From contig JBJDXJ010000025.1 of assembly GCA_051866635.1 (NCBI GenBank), forward strand, positions 1-48,697: DNA of 48,697 nucleotides. The letters run 5' to 3'. Below the pieces are notes generated by a model. The model was not told the DNA's origin, did not search any database, and was given only the letters and a program-made list of their open reading frames with translations. Positions 40,686 to 48,697 of the stretch are shown here, in pieces. Source of the stretch: Clostridia bacterium (lineage in GTDB: Bacteria; Bacillota; Clostridia; UMGS1883). Position 1 is the stretch's first letter; each line of letters opens with the position of its first letter. The position numbers were made by a program, and so were the translations under genes.

Positions 40686-40733
40686 TTGACAACTTGGAAA
40701 AATCATGGTAATATTATCACATCAAATGATAAT
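40686..40733 (+). promoter_or_regulatory. Divergent promoter with an operator over the start site
   Basis: TTGACA, 17 bp spacer, TAATAT (TG extension), overlapped and followed by ATTATCA-CATCAAA-TGATAAT (40713-40733). Confidence 0.7.
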
Positions 40734-40760
40734 TTGAAGAAAAAAGAAAGGAGAATATGT

Positions 40761-41198
40761 ATGACAGCAGAAAAAATGAAAAGGTATCCGGGAATGGTGA
40801 TCGTAAAGAAGGAAACTGAGGCAAGGCTTAACAAGCTTCGTGAAGAAATAAGTGAGCTTGAAAACAGGATGGAGAGAGCCGAGAGGAAACATGAAAACAG
40901 TGATAAGGTGGTGACTCTCCTTGAGATAAAAGAAGAAAGGCTTCGTGTAACACAAACGCTTTTAGAGAAACTGGAAAAATCAACATTAGAGGTGGAGGAA
41001 GCCTTGGAAAAGATTGCACCTTCCCTTACGCCTTTGGAACATATTATTATTTTGAAGCTTTACATAGAAGGCTTAAAATGGTGTCAGCTTATGGATTTGT
41101 TGCAGACAAATCCGGAATACAGCCGTTTTTGCTATGAAAAGAGCAGTTATATGCGAGCACACAGAAGTGCTTTGGACAAGATTATGGCGGCAGAATAG
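40761..41198 (+). CDS. Putative RinA/ArpU/DUF1492-like transcriptional activator
   Basis: Long coiled coil followed by a sigma70 region-4-like tail IIILKLYIEGLKW...Y..SSYMRAHRSAL; ATG 40761 after GAAAGGAG. Confidence 0.6.
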   Translation: MTAEKMKRYPGMVIVKKETEARLNKLREEISELENRMERAERKHENSDKVVTLLEIKEERLRVTQTLLEKLEKSTLEVEEALEKIAPSLTPLEHIIILKLYIEGLKWCQLMDLLQTNPEYSRFCYEKSSYMRAHRSALDKIMAAE

Positions 41199-41240
41199 TA
41201 TTTCAGCGTTTAAAAGTTTTGGCAGTGATTATCGCAAAAT

Positions 41241-41281
41241 AAAGGTGTATGTACCTTTTACGGTGCATACACCTTTGTTTT
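41241..41281. terminator. Terminator between convergent genes
   Basis: AAAGGTGTATGTACC / GGTGCATACACCTTT followed by GTTTT. Confidence 0.75.
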
Positions 41282-41290
41282 GTCTTCATT

Positions 41291-41779
41291 TTATTCATAA
41301 AAACTTATTTGTGAGAAAATAGGTTTTTGTGTGGCATACATTATTTCCACACCGTTTTTTTCGGCATATTTTATGGTGTTTTGCGTTCCGCCTTTTTTTC
41401 CTGTAAAAAGGGCAATTATAAGTGATGAATTATCCACCATCCATTCGTTTCGTTTTTGATAGGAATATATGGAATAAGAGTCCATTACTGTATGAACAAA
41501 ATCGGCATTTTCAATAAGGCGAGGTGAATTTTTTGCAAAACCGGGGTAAGGAAGGGCACAGATAAGCTTTATTTCGGGATAAATATTCTTAAAATCAAGG
41601 ACTATTTCCCCTGCCCAAACATCAACGCCCTTTGCAAGCCCTGTGATAAAGGTTGTGTAGCCAATATCAATTGCCTTCTGGATAGCATGGCATAAAAGAC
41701 GTTTTGCTTCTTCTTCAGTTAAATTAAGTTTTTCAGGTCTGTGTCCCGTAAAGGCACAGGTTTTTTCTTTTGTAAACAT
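41291..41779 (-). CDS. SLOG family protein (YspA/DUF1273-like)
   Basis: TCAFTGHRP, FITGLAKGVD, YQKRNEWMVDNS, GGTQNTI.YA. Confidence 0.88.
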   Translation of the reverse strand: MFTKEKTCAFTGHRPEKLNLTEEEAKRLLCHAIQKAIDIGYTTFITGLAKGVDVWAGEIVLDFKNIYPEIKLICALPYPGFAKNSPRLIENADFVHTVMDSYSIYSYQKRNEWMVDNSSLIIALFTGKKGGTQNTIKYAEKNGVEIMYATQKPIFSQISFYE

Positions 41780-41796
41780 AATCACACCTCGGCTTT

Positions 41797-41825
41797 ATTA
41801 TATAAAAAATAAATTTTCATGTCAA
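41797..41825 (-). promoter_or_regulatory. Consensus sigmaA promoter of the SLOG gene
   Basis: Minus strand TTGACA, 17 bp spacer, TATAAT. Confidence 0.75.
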
Positions 41826-41841
41826 TGTGCATAATAGGATT

Positions 41842-42192
41842 ATGAATTATTTAAAAAACATTTTATGGGGAATACCCATAGGCTTTGCAAACGGTTTTTT
41901 TGGCTCGGGCGGTGGGGTTTTAGCTGTTCTTGTTTTAAAGAAATTTTTAAATACGGACAGTAAGAAGGCTCATGCCACTGCAATAAGTATTATACTGCCG
42001 CTGTGTGTTGCGTCACTTTTTGTTTATACCTCAAAAGGTGATATGAAATGGCAACATGTCCTCCTTTGTTCTTTGGGCGGATGCGTGGGAGCTTTTACCG
42101 GGGCAAAGCTGATGGGAAAAATATCTGATAAATGGCTTAAGGTCATTTTCGGGGCAGTAATGATTTTTTCGGGAGTAAGAATGATAATATGA
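41842..42192 (+). CDS. TauE/SafE family membrane protein (half-size)
   Basis: GFANGFFGSGGG, KKAHATAI, GAFTGAKL. Confidence 0.85.
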   Translation: MNYLKNILWGIPIGFANGFFGSGGGVLAVLVLKKFLNTDSKKAHATAISIILPLCVASLFVYTSKGDMKWQHVLLCSLGGCVGAFTGAKLMGKISDKWLKVIFGAVMIFSGVRMII

Positions 42193-42548
42193 TTAATTTA
42201 ATAGCAGGCTTTTTTTCAGGTGTAATATCAGGCATGGGAATAGGGGGAGGTATGATTTTAATTCCGGCCTTGGTATTTTTTGCAAAATTAAGTCAGCACA
42301 GTGCCCAGGGGATAAACCTGTGGTATTTTATACCTACGGCATCTGTAAGCCTTCTGGTGCACACGAAAAACAAAAATGTGGAGTATAAGAAAAGTCTGCC
42401 CATAATTATAACGGGGGTCCCCTTCTCAATTTTGGGAGCATATATTGCGTTCATGGTAAAAACAGAGCTTTTAGGCAAACTTTTTGGCGGTTTTTTAGTA
42501 ATTTTCGGAATAAAAGAGGTGTACGGTGGGTTTACAAATAAAAAATAA
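42189..42548 (+). CDS. TauE/SafE family membrane protein (half-size)
   Basis: SGVISGMGIGGG..LIPAL, QHSAQGINL.YFIPTA. Confidence 0.85.
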   Translation: MINLIAGFFSGVISGMGIGGGMILIPALVFFAKLSQHSAQGINLWYFIPTASVSLLVHTKNKNVEYKKSLPIIITGVPFSILGAYIAFMVKTELLGKLFGGFLVIFGIKEVYGGFTNKK

Positions 42549-42590
42549 TTTGTTATAATAAAAACGATATAATTTTGTGAAGGAATTGCT

Positions 42591-44954
42591 ATGGACAAAA
42601 AATCTCTAAAAGTATTGGAATTTGATAAAATAAAGAAAATGCTTACTGATATGGCGGTAACGCAAAACGGGAAGACCTTGTGCGAAAATTTATTGCCCGA
42701 AAACGATAAGTATGTTATTGAGCGGCTTTTAAAGGAAACAAGCGAAGCGGAAAGCCTTTTAATAAAAAAGGGCAGTGTACCCATTTCACCTATCGGGGAA
42801 ATTAAAGGCAGTGTTATGCGTGCGGAGGCAGGGGGGACCTTGTCACCAAGGGAATTATTAAACTGTGCCCACACACTAAGGATAAGCTATGAAATATCCT
42901 CGTATATTGATATTGACGATTTTGAAGAGTCTTTCCCAATGCTGGCAGATTTGTGCCGCGGTCTTTTTATCGATAAAAAGACAAGCACAAAGATTATTTC
43001 TGCCATCATTTCGGAAGAAGAAATTGCCGATGACGCATCAAGTGAATTGATGAGCATAAGACGAAAGATAAAGAGCTTTGAAGTTCAGATAAGAGACACT
43101 TTGAACAATATGATAAAAAGCTCAAAGTATTCAACGGCTCTGCAGGATGCCATTGTCACAATGCGTGGTGACAGGTTCGTTGTCCCCGTGAAAAGCGAAA
43201 ACCGTGCAAGTGTGCCGGGTATTGTACATGATTCTTCATCATCGGGTGCAACTGTTTTTGTGGAACCTATGGCAGTTGTGGAAATTAACAATAAAATACG
43301 TGAATGTAAGATAAAAGAAAAAGAAGAAATTGAAAAAATTCTTCAGTATTTTTCAGGTCTTATTGCAGAAGATGCAGTAGGTCTTAAGCGTGATTGTGAC
43401 ATTATAACAAACCTTGACTTTGCCTTTGCAAAGGGTAAGCTAAGCCTTAAAATGAAAGGTTCACGGCCAGATATAAATTCAGATGGTATAGTAAGTATCA
43501 AAAAGGGTCGCCACCCCTTATTGGATGAAAAAAAGGTTGTCCCCACAGATATTTACTTAGGTGAACATTTTGACACTTTAGTTATAACAGGACCTAATAC
43601 AGGCGGTAAAACAGTTGCCCTTAAAACCTTGGGACTGTTGACACTTATGGCACAGTCAGGTCTTAACATACCTGCCGGGCAGGGCAGTCAGATTGCAGTA
43701 TTTAACAATGTTTTTGCAGATATAGGCGATGAACAGAGTATTGAACAATCCCTTTCCACCTTTTCCGCACATATGGTGAATATTGTAAGGATTTTAAAGG
43801 AAGCGGATTATTCCTCCTTAGTTCTTTTTGATGAACTTGGGGCAGGTACCGACCCTGTTGAAGGTGCGGCACTGGCAATTGCCATTTTGGAAAGAATGAA
43901 GGTAATTGGGGCAAAAACTGCCGCAACTACTCACTACAGTGAAATAAAACTTTACGCATTGGACACAAACCGTGTGGAAAATGCGGCATGTGAATTTGAT
44001 GTTACAACACTCAAACCCACGTATAAGCTCCTTATCGGGGTACCGGGCAAAAGCAATGCTTTCGCAATTTCCAAAAGGCTGGGACTTGAGGATGAATTGA
44101 TAGAGCGGGCAAAAGCCTTAGTTGACGGTGAAAGCACCAAGTTTGAAGATGTTGTTTCATCATTGGAGGAAACAAGGAAAATTGCCGAAATACAGCTTGA
44201 AGAAGCACAAAGTGCCAGAGAAGCCAGCGAAGAAGCTTTGAAAAAGGCAGAAAAGGAAAAGGCATCTATTGAAAAGCAGAAGGAAAAAATCCTTCGTGAT
44301 GCAAGGGAGGACGCAAAGCGTATTTATGAGGCTGCAAAGCGTGAAGCCGATGAGATTATCAAGGAAATGCGAAAGGGTGCAAAGGACGCCCACGTGCTTG
44401 ACGCAGAAAGGCAGAAACTCAAAAAAGGCTTGGGCAAGGTTGAGGATAAGTTAAGCGAGGATGTGTTCCGACAGAAAAATCCCCCCATTGACCCGAGTAC
44501 CCTTCTTTTAGGACAGAGCGTTGAGGTTACAAGCATGGGTCAAAAGGGCAGTGTGTTGTCCCTTCCCGACAAAAACGGCAATCTTACGGTCCAGACGGGC
44601 ATTTTAAAGATTAATGTAAATATAAGCCAGTTAAGGCTTATAAAAGAAAATAACGAGGACAATAAAAAGAAGGGCAGAATTTCAGGACAAAGCCTTGGCA
44701 AAACAATAAACATAAAGAGCGAAATTGACCTTAGAGGATATATGGTAGATGAGGCTATCATAGAGCTTGACAAGTATCTTGATGATGCGGTCCTGTCAGG
44801 TCTTGACAGTGTGAGAATTATCCACGGTAAAGGTACCGGGGCACTCCGTAGTGCCGTTCAGGACTTTTTACGAAGACACCACCATGCAAAAAGTTTCAGA
44901 CAAGGTGCTTTCGGTGAAGGTGATTTGGGCGTAACTGTTGTGGAATTAAAATAA
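42591..44954 (+). CDS. mutS2: MutS2 with C-terminal Smr domain
   Basis: LEFDKI, GIVHD.SSSGATVFVEP, TGPNTGGKT, DELGAGTDP.EG, Smr IDLRG..IIHGKGTG. Confidence 0.96.
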   Translation: MDKKSLKVLEFDKIKKMLTDMAVTQNGKTLCENLLPENDKYVIERLLKETSEAESLLIKKGSVPISPIGEIKGSVMRAEAGGTLSPRELLNCAHTLRISYEISSYIDIDDFEESFPMLADLCRGLFIDKKTSTKIISAIISEEEIADDASSELMSIRRKIKSFEVQIRDTLNNMIKSSKYSTALQDAIVTMRGDRFVVPVKSENRASVPGIVHDSSSSGATVFVEPMAVVEINNKIRECKIKEKEEIEKILQYFSGLIAEDAVGLKRDCDIITNLDFAFAKGKLSLKMKGSRPDINSDGIVSIKKGRHPLLDEKKVVPTDIYLGEHFDTLVITGPNTGGKTVALKTLGLLTLMAQSGLNIPAGQGSQIAVFNNVFADIGDEQSIEQSLSTFSAHMVNIVRILKEADYSSLVLFDELGAGTDPVEGAALAIAILERMKVIGAKTAATTHYSEIKLYALDTNRVENAACEFDVTTLKPTYKLLIGVPGKSNAFAISKRLGLEDELIERAKALVDGESTKFEDVVSSLEETRKIAEIQLEEAQSAREASEEALKKAEKEKASIEKQKEKILRDAREDAKRIYEAAKREADEIIKEMRKGAKDAHVLDAERQKLKKGLGKVEDKLSEDVFRQKNPPIDPSTLLLGQSVEVTSMGQKGSVLSLPDKNGNLTVQTGILKINVNISQLRLIKENNEDNKKKGRISGQSLGKTINIKSEIDLRGYMVDEAIIELDKYLDDAVLSGLDSVRIIHGKGTGALRSAVQDFLRRHHHAKSFRQGAFGEGDLGVTVVELK

Positions 44955-45001
44955 TTTGGGCTGCATAAAGCCCCTAGATATAAAAGAAAGGATTGATACA
45001 T

Positions 45002-46030
45002 ATGAGCATGAATTTTATAAGAAAACTTCCCATCCCTATGGACGTGAAAGAAAAATATCCCGTAAACTTATCTCTTGCAGAGGTAATTGAAAAAAGAAAT
45101 AACGAGATAAAGGCAATCTTTGACGGGAGAGATGATAGGCTGGCACTTATTATCGGTCCCTGCAGTGCCGACAGAGAGGATGCGGTAATGGATTATATCC
45201 ACCGTTTGAAACTGTTACAGGATAAAGTTTCCGACAAAATCCTTATAATCCCCAGAATTTACACAAATAAGCCCAGGACTACAGGTGAGGGATATAAGGG
45301 CATGGCATCCCAGCCCGACCCCACAAAGAAGCCTGACTTGTACGAAGGTTTAATTTCAATCAGGAGATTACATACAAGAGCTATTGAGGAAACAGGCTTT
45401 ACCTGTGCCGACGAAATGCTTTATCCTGAAAACTACCGCTATTTGTCCGATGTTTTAGGTTACGTGGCTGTAGGTGCAAGAAGTGTGGAAAACCAACAGC
45501 ACAGATTAACAGCCTCCGGTATCGAGCTTCCTGTTGGTATGAAAAACCCCACAGGCGGTGACTATAGTGTTATGTTAAACTCCATCGTTGCGGCACAGAA
45601 GAGCCATATGTTCCTCTACCGCGGATGGGAGGTTGAAACAACAGGTAACCCTTATTCACATGCAATACTTCGTGGTTACGTTAATAAGCACGGCAACGCA
45701 CTTCCCAACTATCACTATGAAGACCTTGCACTGCTCCATGAAATGTATGCGGCTAAAAACCTTCAGAACATGGGCGTTGTAATTGATACAAACCATTCAA
45801 ATTCAGGCAAGAAGTATATCGAACAGATAAGAATTGCAAAGGAAATCATGAACAGCCGTAATGCAAACAGCGATATGAAGAAGTTTGTAAAGGGTCTTAT
45901 GATTGAAAGCTACATAGAAGACGGATGCCAGAAGGTTGAAGAAGGAGTTTACGGTAAGAGCATTACAGACCCCTGCCTTGGCTGGGAAAAGACAGAACGA
46001 TTGGTATTGGACTTGGCAGAATTAGTCTGA
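45002..46030 (+). CDS. 3-deoxy-7-phosphoheptulonate (DAHP) synthase, class I
   Basis: IIGPCS, KPRT, GARSVENQQHR, PVGMKN, DTNHSNS, GLMIES, YGKSITDPCLGW. Confidence 0.95.
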   Translation: MSMNFIRKLPIPMDVKEKYPVNLSLAEVIEKRNNEIKAIFDGRDDRLALIIGPCSADREDAVMDYIHRLKLLQDKVSDKILIIPRIYTNKPRTTGEGYKGMASQPDPTKKPDLYEGLISIRRLHTRAIEETGFTCADEMLYPENYRYLSDVLGYVAVGARSVENQQHRLTASGIELPVGMKNPTGGDYSVMLNSIVAAQKSHMFLYRGWEVETTGNPYSHAILRGYVNKHGNALPNYHYEDLALLHEMYAAKNLQNMGVVIDTNHSNSGKKYIEQIRIAKEIMNSRNANSDMKKFVKGLMIESYIEDGCQKVEEGVYGKSITDPCLGWEKTERLVLDLAELV

Positions 46031-46065
46031 TACTCGTTATAAATTTTAAAAGGAGTGTAGAGAAA

Positions 46066-48354
46066 ATGAAAAGAATTTTCGCAATGGTACTTTCTGTAGC
46101 TGTTATGGTAACATTACTTACAGTACCGACAGTTCAGGCGGCTGAATACTCAGCACCTGATTACGAAAGTGTAATCCAAGTAGTTGAAAAAGTTAACGAT
46201 TACTGGATTAGTGAACACAAAAACGATGTGGGTTCTTCTTTCTGGGAAAGAGGTGCTTACAACACAGGTAACATGGAAGCATATGCTTTAACAGGTATTG
46301 AAGAATACCGTGACTATGCTGAAAGATGGGCTGCAAGAAACCGCTGGATGGGCAACTATAATTCCGGCGACAAGAGCCGGTGGACATGGGGCTACACAGG
46401 CGATCAGAACAGCACAGGTGCACTTTTCGGCGACTGGCAGACATGTTTCCAGACATATGCAGACCTTTACGTATTTGATGAAGTAAAGGATGAAAACAAG
46501 ATTGCAAGGGCAAGAGAAGTCATGGAATACCAGATGAGCAAAGATGAGGACGGCTTCTGGTGGTGGGCAGATGGCTTGTATATGGTTATGCCCGGAATGG
46601 TAAAGCTCCACAATATAACAGGTAACGATTTGTATCTTGATAAGCTCTATGAATACTTTAAGTTTGCCCGTGAGCTTATGTATGACGGTCCCGGCGGTAT
46701 TCCGACAAGTGCAGACGGTTACACAACTTCTGCAAGTTTAAAGGGTGGTGCACAGTATTCCGATCCTGATAATTACACATATCTTTTTTACCGTGATGCG
46801 GAATATGTTTACCCCAAGAACCCCATCCCCGGAAATGAAACAACGAAGAACTTCTGGGCACGAGGCAACGGTTGGGTATTTGCCGCCCTCAGTAAGGTAC
46901 TGCAGGACACTCCCGACGATTGGGAACACAGACAAGACTTTTTGGATGCATACGTAGGTATGGCAAAGGCACTTAAGGCTTGCCAGAAGTTTGACCGGGA
47001 TGGTAACGGTTTCTGGACACAGTCTGTTCTTGCACATGATTATTCTTGCTCTGACGATAACCCACTGGGCTACGAAACAAGCGGTACAGCCTTCTTTACA
47101 TACGGCTTCCTTTGGGGTATTAACGCAGGTATTCTTGACGAAGCGGAATATCGTGAAACTGCTATCGCAGGCTGGAACTACCTTACAAAAGTTGCCATTC
47201 ACGAAAATGGCAGAGTTGGCTATGTTCAGCCCGTTGGTGCGAGAGCAGGTTCAGCCGCAACCTACAACAACACACAGGACTTTGCCGTAGGTGCAACACT
47301 TCTTGCAGGATGTGAAATGGCAAAATACGTTGGCGGCATGCAGGGTTATTTCTACCCCTATCTTCAGAGAAGAATGGTTAACATGGTTGGGTTGAAGATT
47401 GGCTCTCCCTATGTGTTCAAAGAAAGCAACGTTACAAAGATTGACGAAAATAATTCTGATGTTGTTCCCGTAATTAAAAACGACAGAACCCTTGTTCCTG
47501 TAAGAGTTATTTCCGAAGGTTTGGGTGCAAAGGTTGAATGGAACGGAGAAACAAGCACCGTTACAATTACAACAGGCGACACAGTTGTTGCAATGACTAT
47601 CGGAAGTAAGGTTCTCAAGGTTATTGACATCCTTGAAAAGGACGGCGATACACCCATCAGCGTTATGGGCCGTGAGATTGCTCTCGATGCGGCACCTGAA
47701 ATTATTAACGACAGAACATTCGTGCCTCTCCGTGCAATTGCAGAAGCACTTGGCAAGATTGTTTACTACAACGATGCTGAAAAATTAATAATCGTAGGTT
47801 ACAAAAATGATGTATTCTCCTCTTGCGAAGAAAACATGGAAAAAATGCTTTCCGATGTTCTTACAACAGGCGTTGCACCCCAAAAGAACCCCACATACAA
47901 GAACCTTATGCAGTATCCAAAGGAAATTACCGACTCTAAGATTATAAAGGCAGTTTCAGCTGAAGCTACAGCAGAACCTGAAAGCTTTAATTCCGTTGCT
48001 ATGAGTATAGACGGTGACACAGGTACACGCTGGGCAAGTGATGTTGAAGCAACACTTACAGTTGACTTTGGTTCTTCACAGTACATGGAAAAAATCGGTG
48101 TTTCTATCTGGAGAGGCAATAGCGGTACAAGAAGCACAAAGTTTGATTTATATATTTCCGAAGACGGAGAAAACTATGAAATGATTTATTCCGGTGACAG
48201 CCATAACGATACAGACTTCAACATTTTTGACTGCGGCAAGAATGTACGTTTTGTTAAGTTCCACGGTTATCACAACAGTGAAAATAACTGGGTTAACGTA
48301 TTTGAAGTTGTAGGCTATGGCGAAGGCACAGAAGTGGAAACAAATCTTAAGTAA
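46066..48354 (+). CDS. Secreted GH105/GH88-like hydrolase with a copper-amine-oxidase N-terminal-like domain and an F5/8 type C (CBM32-like) domain
   Basis: Signal peptide; WWWADGLYM, FWARGNGW, ETSGTAFFTYG, GYVQPVG; duplicated NDRT.VP.R.I.E.LG; SIDGDTGTRW..VRFVK..N.W..V.EV. Confidence 0.82.
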   Translation: MKRIFAMVLSVAVMVTLLTVPTVQAAEYSAPDYESVIQVVEKVNDYWISEHKNDVGSSFWERGAYNTGNMEAYALTGIEEYRDYAERWAARNRWMGNYNSGDKSRWTWGYTGDQNSTGALFGDWQTCFQTYADLYVFDEVKDENKIARAREVMEYQMSKDEDGFWWWADGLYMVMPGMVKLHNITGNDLYLDKLYEYFKFARELMYDGPGGIPTSADGYTTSASLKGGAQYSDPDNYTYLFYRDAEYVYPKNPIPGNETTKNFWARGNGWVFAALSKVLQDTPDDWEHRQDFLDAYVGMAKALKACQKFDRDGNGFWTQSVLAHDYSCSDDNPLGYETSGTAFFTYGFLWGINAGILDEAEYRETAIAGWNYLTKVAIHENGRVGYVQPVGARAGSAATYNNTQDFAVGATLLAGCEMAKYVGGMQGYFYPYLQRRMVNMVGLKIGSPYVFKESNVTKIDENNSDVVPVIKNDRTLVPVRVISEGLGAKVEWNGETSTVTITTGDTVVAMTIGSKVLKVIDILEKDGDTPISVMGREIALDAAPEIINDRTFVPLRAIAEALGKIVYYNDAEKLIIVGYKNDVFSSCEENMEKMLSDVLTTGVAPQKNPTYKNLMQYPKEITDSKIIKAVSAEATAEPESFNSVAMSIDGDTGTRWASDVEATLTVDFGSSQYMEKIGVSIWRGNSGTRSTKFDLYISEDGENYEMIYSGDSHNDTDFNIFDCGKNVRFVKFHGYHNSENNWVNVFEVVGYGEGTEVETNLK

Positions 48355-48422
48355 ATCCTTAAATTCAAATAAATGGTGATAAGAGAGTTTTAAAAGAGTA
48401 ACTTTGCCAAATACAATGTATA

Positions 48423-48466
48423 AAAAAGCACAAACATTGCCCACAAATGAGCAGTTTGTGCTTTTT
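48423..48466 (+). terminator. Intrinsic terminator
   Basis: AAAAAGCACAAAC / GTTTGTGCTTTTT arms. Confidence 0.7.
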
Positions 48467-48525
48467 AATTTACTTTTTGCAGATGTATTGAAACTTGTCA
48501 AAATTTGTAGTATTTAAGATAAAAG

Positions 48526-48618
48526 TAAAATGACCGCCTCGCCAAAGCACGGTCATTTTATAATAAATACCTGATTTTGGCTCAACCGTTTGAGGTCTTG
48601 CCTTTTTCTATATTTATT
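48526..48618 (-). other. Relic of a second antisense-RNA module related to 15420-15510
   Basis: TAAAATGACCG/CGGTCATTTTA hairpin, then TTGGC...CCGTT...TGCCTTTTTCTAT in the same order and at similar spacing as in the 15.4-kb locus. Confidence 0.45.
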
Positions 48619-48697
48619 GGGGCTGTAGCAAAATAACAGCTCAAAAGATAAAAAACGAGGACGATTGCAGTAGCAAAAGTCCTCGTTTTTTGGTATA
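48619..48697 (+). mobile_element. Possible left end of an insertion sequence (IS1182-like as recalled), running off the window
   Basis: GGGGCTGTAGCAAAATAA, then a sub-terminal hairpin AAAAAACGAGGAC/GTCCTCGTTTTTT and TGGTATA; no transposase is visible. Confidence 0.4.

Noticed and set aside
41842-42548. Two half-length TauE/SafE ORFs as a possible frameshifted pseudogene
   Set aside because: Each half has its own start with ATGA coupling; paired half-size TauE genes are a normal arrangement in Clostridia.
42293-42874. 193-aa minus-strand ORF and the many other short antisense ORFs in the track
   Set aside because: They overlap well-supported genes on the opposite strand or in another frame and show no recognisable motifs or SD sequences.
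48416-48517. 33-aa ORF MYKKAQTLPTNEQFVLFNLLFADVLKLVKICSI as a toxin for the second module
   Set aside because: No SD, runs through a terminator hairpin, and lacks a clean hydrophobic helix.

Overview
Mostly core-chromosome DNA of a spore-forming, low-GC Gram-positive bacterium (class Clostridia inferred from spoIIR, an SLH protein, sigmaA-type promoters and gene order). It carries: the tail of a MacAB-like efflux operon plus an SLH surface protein; mutS-mutL-miaA-hfq; recO; a GH2 beta-galactosidase; tagO/wecA; trpS; HU; rpsT; three tRNAs; oppBCDFA; an LCP protein; yajC; rplS followed by an FMN riboswitch and ribU; spoIIR; a BspA-type LRR protein; trmB; tyrA; mutS2; DAHP synthase; and a modular GH105-like enzyme. 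The most interesting signals lie outside the ORF track. (1) An unannotated ~310-bp cassette at 15222-15533 has two convergent sigmaA promoters, a 24-aa hydrophobic peptide with a sequestered Shine-Dalgarno, long-range 5'-3' pairing and an antisense RNA: a type I toxin-antitoxin-like module. A diverged, toxin-less relic of it lies at the window end, with its -10 box apparently cut by an IS-like end. (2) An isolated phage-like switch at 39956-41198 pairs a cleavable cI-like repressor with a divergent RinA/ArpU-like activator, with 17-bp operators and no phage genes nearby. (3) An LRR array has mosaic repeats and hypervariable positions. All family assignments come from motif recognition by eye; no database searches were run.
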